Virus record (IMG/VR): IMGVR_UViG_3300025280_000022
Source: a virus
DNA length: 64,000 bases
Reading direction: 5' to 3' (one strand)
Each line of letters opens with the position of its first letter. Position 1 is the stretch's first letter. Made by a program: the position numbers and the translations under genes. The notes under the pieces were generated by a model. The model saw only the letters and a list, made by a program, of their open reading frames with translations, was not told where the DNA came from and made no database searches. This document shows positions 55,595-64,000 of this stretch, piece after piece.

Positions 55595-55618
55595 CTTTTA
55601 AAATTTTTACTGTATACT
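55591..55618 (+). promoter_or_regulatory. sigma70 promoter for nrdB, leaderless geometry
   Basis: TTGACT-N16-TATACT, 6 nt before the ATG. Confidence 0.6.
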
Positions 55619-55624
55619 AAAAAC

Positions 55625-56638
55625 ATGCAGGATAAAACAGGAGAACTTTTAACTAAAAACATTGCGGGGGTAAATAGAATTCTTCCCCACAAGCATAAAT
55701 TTGCCTGGGATCTTTTTCTTAAAGGGTGCGCCAACAATTGGATGCCTACCGAAATTTCCATGCAGCAGGACATTAAGCAGTGGAAAGGCGGTGAAATTTC
55801 CGATGATGAAAAACTTTTAGTAAAAAGGTGTCTTGGTTTTTTTGCGGGCAGTGAATCGTTGGTGGGGAATAACCTATTGCTTTCGGCCTTTAAGTATATT
55901 ACCGACGCTGAATGCCGTCAATATATCCTCAGGCAAGCCTTTGAAGAAAGTTTGCATAATTTAACCATAGTATATATTTGTGATAGCCTTGATTTGGATA
56001 TAGATGAGGTATATCGGGCCTACGAGACAATCCCCTCCATTAAAGCTAAGGATGATTTTTTGATGGAGGTAACCAGTGACCTTAATCGAACAGGCTTTTC
56101 CACATCTACCCTTGAAGGCAAAAAAGAATTTTTAAAAAATTTATTTACTTATTATGTGATCTGCGAAGGAACTTTTTTCTATTCAGGATTTGCCATGCTT
56201 TTAGCGCTCGGTAGACAAAATAAGCTTCAGGGCGTATCCGATCAAATCAAATATACTCTTCGTGACGAGAGCCTCCATATTGAATTCGGGCTTTATCTTA
56301 TTAATACGCTCATCGAACAGAATCCAAAAATTTGGACAACCGCCATTAAGGCAGAGTTTGTAGAACACATGAAAAAAACAGTGGAGCTGGAGATAGAGTA
56401 CGCAAAAGAGGTGTTGCCCACAGGGATTTTAGGATTAAATTCTTCTATGTTTGTTGACTACATGCATTATATAGGCAATCGCCGACTAGAAGCCGTGGGG
56501 CTGGATTATCGCTTTCCTTCGGACAGCAATCCCTTTCCATGGTTAGCAGAAGTGGTTGACACCCAAGCTATGACAAATTTCTTTGAGCGGCGCGTAAGAG
56601 AGTATCAACAAAGCGGTTCCCTAAAAGACGATTTTTAA
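55625..56638 (+). CDS. nrdB: Ribonucleotide reductase beta subunit, class Ic-type signature
   Basis: 'NNWMP', 'FFAGSESLVGNN', 'EESLH', 'EGTFFYSGF', 'RDESLH', 'NFFE..V.EYQ'. Confidence 0.95.
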   Translation: MQDKTGELLTKNIAGVNRILPHKHKFAWDLFLKGCANNWMPTEISMQQDIKQWKGGEISDDEKLLVKRCLGFFAGSESLVGNNLLLSAFKYITDAECRQYILRQAFEESLHNLTIVYICDSLDLDIDEVYRAYETIPSIKAKDDFLMEVTSDLNRTGFSTSTLEGKKEFLKNLFTYYVICEGTFFYSGFAMLLALGRQNKLQGVSDQIKYTLRDESLHIEFGLYLINTLIEQNPKIWTTAIKAEFVEHMKKTVELEIEYAKEVLPTGILGLNSSMFVDYMHYIGNRRLEAVGLDYRFPSDSNPFPWLAEVVDTQAMTNFFERRVREYQQSGSLKDDF

Positions 56639-56639
56639 A

Positions 56640-56662
56640 AAGAGGCCCGCTGGCCTTTTTTT
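56640..56662 (+). terminator. Probable intrinsic terminator after nrdB
   Basis: AGGCC-cgct-GGCCT followed by a T-run. Confidence 0.5.
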
Positions 56663-56712
56663 ATTTTACGCGGGGAAACTTTGCGTGTATATTTAGGTGA
56701 ACACTAAACGAT

Positions 56713-57087
56713 ATGGCGCTTTACACACCCTCTTCAACACCTTCTTATTCTGCAGCAGAAAAATTAAAATACGGCCTACCACCCGTTAAGAGCATCGATG
56801 CGGTCTCCGCCAACACCGAAGGCGACGCCGTTTATGTAGAGCCTTATCGTCACCATAGCTATCATGTAAGTGGCGATGGATCCGCTTCGGGAGTTTTTAA
56901 TATTTATGCCACAAATGGGGAAGAACCAAACGATTACAAGCTTGTGGCGAGTTATGGAATAGCTCCTGGAGGCACTAATGAACGAGGATTAATGTATTCC
57001 GATGATTGGTATTTTAGATATGCTAAAACCACCATTAGCAGCTATAGCGCAGGAACCTTTACGGTTATAGAGAGACACGGGCCATAA
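56713..57087 (+). CDS. Hypothetical protein, probably virion-associated
   Basis: 124-aa beta-rich ORF upstream of the tail fibre, GTGTA at 56685. Confidence 0.6.
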   Translation: MALYTPSSTPSYSAAEKLKYGLPPVKSIDAVSANTEGDAVYVEPYRHHSYHVSGDGSASGVFNIYATNGEEPNDYKLVASYGIAPGGTNERGLMYSDDWYFRYAKTTISSYSAGTFTVIERHGP

Positions 57088-57168
57088 GGTATGCCTTTAA
57101 ATAAAAAGGTAGAAAATATTAAAAAGAGAGCTCCTCTATTCGCGCATCATCCCTAAACTCCACAAATC

Positions 57169-57414
57169 ATGGCTTCTTATAAAAAAACAAGTAATGCCTT
57201 CAAAGATAATCTTTCGGAGGGGCAATACGCTCTCCCCACTTGCGCGAAGCCTTCTTTTATAAAAATTTTTAATGTGGCGATGCCGACCGACCATGATCCG
57301 TGTTTTGATACCACTACCGCTGCCGCTCCGCCTTCCGAATCCTTTAAAATAATTACATATACCGCCGATGATATGGTGACCATTACCGCAGCAGATGATC
57401 TGGTACAACTTTAA
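57169..57414 (+). CDS. Hypothetical protein
   Basis: 81 aa. C-terminal 'IITYTADDMVTITAADDLVQL' resembles short termini of genes that precede fibres. In frame with an upstream 21-codon ORF across one TAA. Confidence 0.45.
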   Translation: MASYKKTSNAFKDNLSEGQYALPTCAKPSFIKIFNVAMPTDHDPCFDTTTAAAPPSESFKIITYTADDMVTITAADDLVQL

Positions 57415-57428
57415 TTTAATAGAAAACC

Positions 57429-60400
57429 ATGGCTGATAAAAATTTCTCAGAATTTAGTAATCAAACAAGCCCCGTTATAGGGGATTTCGTTGTTGGGTAT
57501 AGAGGAAGTACTGAGCAACGGTACACCCTAGAGGTTATTAGTGGACTTATTGCTGCGGGGCCTTTAACTACTGCAGGGGATTTATGGGGATATAGTAGTC
57601 AAAATATTCGGATTCCTGCGGGAAGCGACGGACAAGTATTAATTGTAGATTCCACCGAAGCGGCAGGGCTTAAATGGGATGATGCTGGGGCTGGGACCCT
57701 AGCGAGCGTTACTAATGTTGGCGATGGTAGCGGAGTGATTAGCGGCACCATAGGTAATGCCGTAAAAGTTAAAAGCATCGCGCTAGCGGGAGGTCTTTTT
57801 TTCCCCGATGGAATGGGGACTCCTGGAGACACCATAACCATTAGTGGCCTTGCCGCGCATGCCATCGGTCCAGCGGACAATGTAGGTAACGGAACAGGTA
57901 TTCTTCAAACCCCTAATACGACTGTAACTACGGGTAATATTATTTATGGAGAGGATGAGGGTAATTGGTACGCGGGCACTCAATTGACTTTGATCGCGGA
58001 TGGCACCTCAGGACGGGCACAACATTACTACCCCTCTAACGGAAAAATAAAAATGGTCCGCAATAGTCCTGGCGGAACTTACCACGCAGGATTTGCCTCT
58101 GAATTTGTAAAAGTTGACGTAGACACTTCTAGTCTTAATTTTATGAGCTTAAGCGGCGCGGGCACCATAGCTCTCCGCGGTCTTGGGGCCTATGGGGGAG
58201 AAGTAGGTAATGTAATAGTTATTAGTGGTAGTGGGGCAGGGAATTGGCAAAATAACGGCAGCAACCTTTATTACAACGAGGGCAATGTAGGTATTGGGAC
58301 CGATGACCCTCAAGAAACCCTTCATATTACGGGAGGTCAAATTATTTCGGGTGATAATGGCGTTTACCGACTTCGCCTTCAAAGCGATGGCAGTGTTTCA
58401 AATTACATAAGCTTTACCCACCCGCTTGGCTTGTCTTATATTGGTGCTGATGTTAATGCACATTCAGGCTTTTATATGCTTGCCGATAATGACCTCCCGC
58501 TGTATCTAGGTCACGTTACGGATCAGGCAATGCGTATAGATTATAAAAGCGCCCTCGGAGAATCTAATGTTGTAATCGGAGACGCTTTGGCGCGCCCTGG
58601 ATCAGGATCTGAACTTTTAACCCTTAGGCGGACGGGGGGAATGGGAGGACAAGATGGCCCCGTTTTGATACTGGAAAACACTAACAGTCTGAGCGGGGAT
58701 CAAATAGTACGCTTTAAACAGGACGGAGGCATGCACGGTGGGTCATGGGCCATCGGACAGTCGACGGCCTCGGCCGTCGCAGGAGGCGCAGACTGGAATA
58801 GCTTTAGGCTCGCATATTCAGGAGGAGCTGATGTACGAGCAACACTAGGAGTGGGTGACAAGTTAATTATTGACACGAGCGGCAGGCTCACTGCAGACTC
58901 GGTTGAAATAGGATCGGTTTCGTCAGCTTCTTCGATTTTTAACGCCCCCGTCGGTATCGGGTTGACTCCATCGCCTGGAATGTTGGAGGTCTCAGGCGAC
59001 GGCAAGGATGGATTAGTCGTTTATTCCAACAGTAATGCTTCCAATTTTAACGCTGTTTTCGATGATACCGAGGATGCTGGGGCGCATGTTATGTGGAAGA
59101 AGGATGGTGCCAATCAGTATTACATGGGAATGGACAATAGCACAGCCGACAGCCCAGGTCAGTTTTGGTTTCTTTATGATGCGAGCGGTTTAGACGCAGT
59201 TGCCAAATATTATCGTTATAAAATGAGCTCCTCCGATTTTCTGGAGGAGCAGTCGGGTATTTACCAGCTTAATCCTCCAGGAGCCACCAATGTAAAAGGG
59301 GACATCTGGGTGGGAACCGTTGGCGGTGGCCAACACACTTTCACAACCCTATCGCACACGGGCATTAGGGCTCAGTCAGCCCACCCCTTTAGAATTGCCG
59401 CCGAGAAAGGAATGGTGCCAAGCGGTAGCGGAGTGGTGAGCTTGGGGTCTCCCACACACATTTGGGATTCAGGCTGTTTCTCCGAAGGCCATTTCCAGAC
59501 CGCCGTGGTAACAGGTGCGGGACATTTTGGAGAGCTTCGTGCTCAGCAGCTTTATGTCACAGGGAGCGATGGCTCTTGGACGCGACTTACTGGCGGCGGC
59601 GGGGGCGGAAGTTCCTGTATTAGCGGGGTTTGTTGGGAGAAGCAACAGCCAGACACCGTCTACGAAACTGCACTATATACGGGACGCAAGGTGGCTATAG
59701 GATGGCCGTCGTTTAATGTGGATCAAGGAGCTGCCTTGAACGAGGGCATCAGCATTAGCGGTTACAACAGCAGCAGCAACGCTAGACTAATAGATCTGAT
59801 AAGTGATAGCTCCGATGGACATAACGGTTGTCGAGCTACCATGCTGATTTCCAAGGCCTGGCAGGAATCGGGGGCGCCGCACCAGGGAGGAAAAAGTAGT
59901 CCCGATCGAAGCAAGCTGAACTTTGCCGTCGGAACTGGTAATGGTACGTTTGGAGGGGGCTCGGCCTCGTCTATCCCATTAACTCTTGGCCCAAATACAA
60001 TAGTGATGCATGATGGTGGCCAAGTGGCTCATGGGTACAATGCTAGTAATCCCAATTACGCCGTAAGTATTCTTCCGAGTGGGATCCCTAACACGGATAG
60101 AATAGATCCTACTCTAGCATTAATAGTTACAGGGGGCAACCATGCATCCTCATTCGCCACGGCGATGAACTGCGGCCAAGTTAAATTTATTGGCGCTGGG
60201 TTTGCCGCAGGCGAACCAGACAACCGCGCCGCTGGATTCCCCTTCTCGTGGTCCGTTGGAGGCCCCGCGCCTGGAGCAGCGGGCCTTCCTGAAACAGTAC
60301 CTAGCTTTAGAATCTCCGCGCAGGATGACGTGGGAGGCACAGGGGACGTAGTAATTGTTCGTTCTCGTGCTGATACCTCCAATAGTCAAGGAATGTGGGT

Positions 60401-63400
60401 TTCAGGCGGACTTTATATCACAGGTGGCGACGGCACTTGGATGCAAATTACTGGCGCTGGCGGAGGCGGTGGCGGCGGCTCCAGCCTTTGGACGCAAGTA
60501 GGCGCCGACATTGAATATACTGCAGGCGAAGTCGGCATTGGGTTGACTCCATCAGTTGGAATGTTGGAGGTCTCAGGCGACGGCAAGGATGGATTAGTCG
60601 TTTATTCCAACAGTAATGCTTCCAATTTTAACGCTGTTTTCGATGATACCGAGGATGCTGGGGCGCATGTTATGTGGAAGAAGGATGGCGCCAATCAGTA
60701 CTACATGGGAATGGACGGTAGCACAGCCGACAGCCCAGGTCAGTTTTGGTTTCTTTATGATGCGAGCGGTTTAGACGCAGTTGCCAAATATTATCGTTAT
60801 AAAATGGCAGCTGGCGATTTTCTGGAGGAGCAGTCGGGTATTTACCAGCTTAATCCTCCAGGAGCCACCAATGTAAAAGGGGACATCTGGGTGGGAACCG
60901 TTGGCGGTGGCCAACACACCTTCACAACCCTATCGCACACGGGCATTAGGGCTCAGTCAGCCCACCCCTTTAGAATTGCCGCCGAGAAAGGAATGGTGCC
61001 AAGCGGTGATGGAGTAGTGAGTTTGGGTTCCTCCGATCATTCCTGGGCCACAGGATTGTTTACTAACGTAGGGATCGGAGATAATGACCCTAGGACGTTG
61101 TCTACTTATCCATTCATGCTAACGGACACCGCGGGCACCCAGACCCTAGCGAACTTTTCGGGAAATAACAGTAACTATGCCGCGGTTCGCGCAGAGGGCG
61201 CAACGGGTTCCCATTCGCTCCCGAGCCGAGTTTCTTTGGCGGCGGGTTATGATGCGGGCTTGCCCGCTGGCCACGAAAACCAAGGGGGAGGTTTACTAGC
61301 AAACTCTCAGATAACTTTCCATGTAGGCAGCACCCTCATCGCGCACATGACGGGGCGAGCTGGTTATGGTTGTCTTATAGTAGGTAATGACTATCACTCG
61401 AACACCCAAAAGGGAAATTATGCTGAGACGCATGAGCCTTCTGTCTTAGTTTTCGGTCATTCTGACGACAATAGCGCTAAACTTGAGCTAGTAAACACGG
61501 GAAGCATCGCCCGCAACAACCAACTGGGTTTTGTTCACGGCTCCAATACTGAAAGCGATACGAAAAGCCGCTGGACATTGGTTCAAGATATTACAGGAGA
61601 CGGCGACCAGGACAACAGCGATTTCGTAATTGCCTATAAGGAAGGCGATGGAGAGACGGACTTGAGTACCGATACGGTAGTTACTTTAAGTAATTCCAAG
61701 AACATGCTCCCAGGCACCAGTGGAACACAAAACGTAGGTTCCTACTCAAAGACGTGGAACGAAGGGCATTTTGAGGAGGGTCGAATTCCAAAGCTTTATA
61801 TCACAGGTAGCGCTGGCAATTGGATGCAAATTACTGGCGGGGGTGGCGAAGTGACCATTGTCAGCGGAAACCTTTGGACGCAAGTAGGCGCTGACATTAA
61901 ATATACCGACGGCGAAGTCGGTATCGGGTTGACCCCATCAGTTGGAATGTTGGAGGTCTCAGGCGACGGCAAGGATGGATTAGTCGTTTATTCCAACAGT
62001 AATGCTTCCAATTTTAACGCTGTTTTCGATGATACCGAGGATGCTGGGGCGCATGTTATGTGGAAGAAGGATGGTGCCAATCAGTATTACATGGGAATGG
62101 ACAATAGCACAGCCGACAGCCCAGGTCAGTTTTGGTTTCTTTATGATGCGAGCGGTTTAGACGCAGTTGCCAAATATTATCGTTATAAAATGAGCTCCTC
62201 CGATTTTCTGGAGGAGCAGTCGGGTATTTACCAGCTTAATCCTCCAGGAGCCACCAATGTAAAAGGGGACATCTGGGTGGGAACCGTTGGCGGTGGCCAA
62301 CACACTTTCACAACCCTATCGCACACGGGCATTAGGGCTCAGTCAGCCCACCCCTTTAGAATTGCCGCCGAGAAAGGAATGGTGCCAAGCGGTAGCGGAG
62401 TGGTGAGCTTGGGGTCTCCCACACACATTTGGGATTCAGGCTGTTTCTCCGAAGGCCATTTCCAGACCGCCGTGGTAACAGGTGCGGGACATTTTGGAGA
62501 GCTTCGTGCTCAGCAGCTTTATGTCACAGGGAGCGATGGCTCTTGGACGCGACTTACTGGCGGCGGCGGGGGCGGAAGTTCCTGTATTAGCGGGGTTTGT
62601 TGGGAGAAGCAACAGCCAGACACCGTCTACGAAACTGCACTATATACGGGACGCAAGGTGGCTATAGGATGGCCGTCGTTTAATGTGGATCAAGGAGCTG
62701 CCTTGAACGAGGGCATCAGCATTAGCGGTTACAACAGCAGCAGCAACGCTAGACTAATAGATCTGATAAGTGATAGCTCCGATGGACATAACGGTTGTCG
62801 AGCTACCATGCTGATTTCCAAGGCCTGGCAGGAATCGGGGGCGCCGCACCAGGGAGGAAAAAGTAGTCCCGATCGAAGCAAGCTGAACTTTGCCGTCGGA
62901 ACTGGTAATGGTACGTTTGGAGGGGGCTCGGCCTCGTCTATCCCATTAACTCTTGGCCCAAATACAATAGTGATGCATGATGGTGGCCAAGTGGCTCATG
63001 GGTACAATGCTAGTAATCCCAATTACGCCGTAAGTATTCTTCCGAGTGGGATCCCTAACACGGATAGAATAGATCCTACTCTAGCATTAATAGTTACAGG
63101 GGGCAACCATGCATCCTCATTCGCCACGGCGATGAACTGCGGCCAAGTTAAATTTATTGGCGCTGGGTTTGCCGCAGGCGAACCAGACAACCGCGCCGCT
63201 GGATTCCCCTTCTCGTGGTCCGTTGGAGGCCCCGCGCCTGGAGCAGCGGGCCTTCCTGAAACAGTACCTAGCTTTAGAATCTCCGCGCAGGATGACGTGG
63301 GAGGCACAGGGGACGTAGTAATTGTTCGTTCTCGTGCTGATACCTCCAATAGTCAAGGAATGTGGGTTTCAGGCGGACTTTATATCACAGGTGGCGACGG

Positions 63401-64000
63401 CACTTGGATGCAAATTACTGGCGCTGGCGGAGGCGGTGGCGGCGGCTCCAGCCTTTGGACGCAAGTAGGCGCCGACATTGAATATACTGCAGGCGAAGTC
63501 GGCATTGGGTTGACTCCATCAGTTGGAATGTTGGAGGTCTCAGGCGACGGCAAGGATGGATTAGTCGTTTATTCCAACAGTAATGCTTCCAATTTTAACG
63601 CTGTTTTCGATGATACCGAGGATGCTGGGGCGCATGTTATGTGGAAGAAGGATGGCGCCAATCAGTACTACATGGGAATGGACGGTAGCACAGCCGACAG
63701 CCCAGGTCAGTTTTGGTTTCTTTATGATGCGAGCGGTTTAGACGCAGTTGCCAAATATTATCGTTATAAAATGGCAGCTGGCGATTTTCTGGAGGAGCAG
63801 TCGGGTATTTACCAGCTTAATCCTCCAGGAGCCACCAATGTAAAAGGGGACATCTGGGTGGGAACCGTTGGCGGTGGCCAACACACCTTCACAACCCTAT
63901 CGCACACGGGCATTAGGGCTCAGTCAGCCCACCCCTTTAGAATTGCCGCCGAGAAAGGAATGGTGCCAAGCGGTGATGGAGTAGTGAGTTTGGGTTCCTC
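57429..64000 (+). CDS. Very large modular tail fibre (3' partial, >2190 aa)
   Basis: ATG 57429 (MADKNFSEF...), no stop seen in the segments translated by hand, frame preserved at all module junctions. 'GSDGQVL', 'YYNEGNVGIGTDDPQETLHITG', repeated 'EVGIG', poly-Gly hinges. Confidence 0.88.
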   Translation, partial: MADKNFSEFSNQTSPVIGDFVVGYRGSTEQRYTLEVISGLIAAGPLTTAGDLWGYSSQNIRIPAGSDGQVLIVDSTEAAGLKWDDAGAGTLASVTNVGDGSGVISGTIGNAVKVKSIALAGGLFFPDGMGTPGDTITISGLAAHAIGPADNVGNGTGILQTPNTTVTTGNIIYGEDEGNWYAGTQLTLIADGTSGRAQHYYPSNGKIKMVRNSPGGTYHAGFASEFVKVDVDTSSLNFMSLSGAGTIALRGLGAYGGEVGNVIVISGSGAGNWQNNGSNLYYNEGNVGIGTDDPQETLHITGGQIISGDNGVYRLRLQSDGSVSNYISFTHPLGLSYIGADVNAHSGFYMLADNDLPLYLGHVTDQAMRIDYKSALGESNVVIGDALARPGSGSELLTLRRTGGMGGQDGPVLILENTNSLSGDQIVRFKQDGGMHGGSWAIGQSTASAVAGGADWNSFRLAYSGGADVRATLGVGDKLIIDTSGRLTADSVEIGSVSSASSIFNAPVGIGLTPSPGMLEVSGDGKDGLVVYSNSNASNFNAVFDDTEDAGAHVMWKKDGANQYYMGMDNSTADSPGQFWFLYDASGLDAVAKYYRYKMSSSDFLEEQSGIYQLNPPGATNVKGDIWVGTVGGGQHTFTTLSHTGIRAQSAHPFRIAAEKGMVPSGSGVVSLGSPTHIWDSGCFSEGHFQTAVVTGAGHFGELRAQQLYVTGSDGSWTRLTGGGGGGSSCISGVCWEKQQPDTVYETALYTGRKVAIGWPSFNVDQGAALNEGISISGYNSSSNARLIDLISDSSDGHNGCRATMLISKAWQESGAPHQGGKSSPDRSKLNFAVGTGNGTFGGGSASSIPLTLGPNTIVMHDGGQVAHGYNASNPNYAVSILPSGIPNTDRIDPTLALIVTGGNHASSFATAMNCGQVKFIGAGFAAGEPDNRAAGFPFSWSVGGPAPGAAGLPETVPSFRISAQDDVGGTGDVVIVRSRADTSNSQGMWVSGGLYITGGDGTWMQITGAGGGGGGGSSLWTQVGADIEYTAGEVGIGLTPSVGMLEVSGDGKDGLVVYSNSNASNFNAVFDDTEDAGAHVMWKKDGANQYYMGMDGSTADSPGQFWFLYDASGLDAVAKYYRYKMAAGDFLEEQSGIYQLNPPGATNVKGDIWVGTVGGGQHTFTTLSHTGIRAQSAHPFRIAAEKGMVPSGDGVVSLGSSDHSWATGLFTNVGIGDNDPRTLSTYPFMLTDTAGTQTLANFSGNNSNYAAVRAEGATGSHSLPSRVSLAAGYDAGLPAGHENQGGGLLANSQITFHVGSTLIAHMTGRAGYGCLIVGNDYHSNTQKGNYAETHEPSVLVFGHSDDNSAKLELVNTGSIARNNQLGFVHGSNTESDTKSRWTLVQDITGDGDQDNSDFVIAYKEGDGETDLSTDTVVTLSNSKNMLPGTSGTQNVGSYSKTWNEGHFEEGRIPKLYITGSAGNWMQITGGGGEVTIVSGNLWTQVGADIKYTDGEVGIGLTPSVGMLEVSGDGKDGLVVYSNSNASNFNAVFDDTEDAGAHVMWKKDGANQYYMGMDNSTADSPGQFWFLYDASGLDAVAKYYRYKMSSSDFLEEQSGIYQLNPPGATNVKGDIWVGTVGGGQHTFTTLSHTGIRAQSAHPFRIAAEKGMVPSGSGVVSLGSPTHIWDSGCFSEGHFQTAVVTGAGHFGELRAQQLYVTGSDGSWTRLTGGGGGGSSCISGVCWEKQQPDTVYETALYTGRKVAIGWPSFNVDQGAALNEGISISGYNSSSNARLIDLISDSSDGHNGCRATMLISKAWQESGAPHQGGKSSPDRSKLNFAVGTGNGTFGGGSASSIPLTLGPNTIVMHDGGQVAHGYNASNPNYAVSILPSGIPNTDRIDPTLALIVTGGNHASSFATAMNCGQVKFIGAGFAAGEPDNRAAGFPFSWSVGGPAPGAAGLPETVPSFRISAQDDVGGTGDVVIVRSRADTSNSQGMWVSGGLYITGGDGTWMQITGAGGGGGGGSSLWTQVGADIEYTAGEVGIGLTPSVGMLEVSGDGKDGLVVYSNSNASNFNAVFDDTEDAGAHVMWKKDGANQYYMGMDGSTADSPGQFWFLYDASGLDAVAKYYRYKMAAGDFLEEQSGIYQLNPPGATNVKGDIWVGTVGGGQHTFTTLSHTGIRAQSAHPFRIAAEKGMVPSGDGVVSLGS
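58950..64000 (+). repeat. Nested direct repeats: ~500-bp module A at 58950, 60531, 61917 and 63498; ~2.06-kb block repeated at 2967-bp period
   Basis: About 58977-61033 matches 61944-64000. Identical shadow ORFs at 59515/62482 and 60056/63023 confirm the offset. Confidence 0.95.

Noticed and set aside
520-63356. Many short antisense or nested ORFs in the track (e.g. 1140-1703, 4255-4740, 52446-52889, 57599-63356)
   Set aside because: They are shadows of long genes on the other strand or frame and show no recognisable motifs.
58950-64000. Diversity-generating retroelement template/variable repeats in the fibre
   Set aside because: Differences between A alleles are not adenine-specific (e.g. 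agctcctcc versus gcagctggc), all copies are in-frame coding, and no reverse transcriptase is in the window.
1-64000. Alternative genetic code (TAG/TGA recoding)
   Set aside because: Conserved proteins are full length in code 11, and TAG/TGA stops are followed at once by next-gene starts (e.g. 9756, 32556, 28144).

Overview
The window reads as part of a large (jumbo-type) tailed phage genome in the standard genetic code. The host is probably a Verrucomicrobia/PVC bacterium, inferred from host-type genes: DUF1549/DUF1553, DUF1501, a TIGR02597-like protein, an Opitutae-style surface protein and a class Ic NrdB. Layout: (1) 1-17.2 kb tape-measure C-terminus plus putative baseplate/virion genes; (2) 17.2-26.4 kb mostly minus-strand genes (Rad52-like annealase, glycosyltransferases, Whirly-like protein, FmdB-like, Hsp20, SSB, sigma factor) around one tail-fibre-like gene; (3) 26.6-41.7 kb, a 19-gene glycan synthesis/modification island; (4) nrdA, small genes and a 46.5-53.3 kb island of six exported proteins; (5) clpP-like, GT4, nrdB; (6) from 57429 a >2190-aa modular tail fibre, absent from the ORF track, with an A-B-A'-C-A-B-A' repeat of 2967-bp period. 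Top candidates for undescribed biology: a virion O-glycosylation system (surface structural proteins rich in [S/T]G dipeptides next to many GTs); a phage-domesticated periplasmic DUF1549/1553-DUF1501 module; a GTGTA-N9-12-ATG promoter motif; GFxPNF-bracketed cassettes in the tape measure; and a sigma54 promoter with paired enhancer-like sites driving hsp20. All family calls come from motif recognition by eye; no searches were run.
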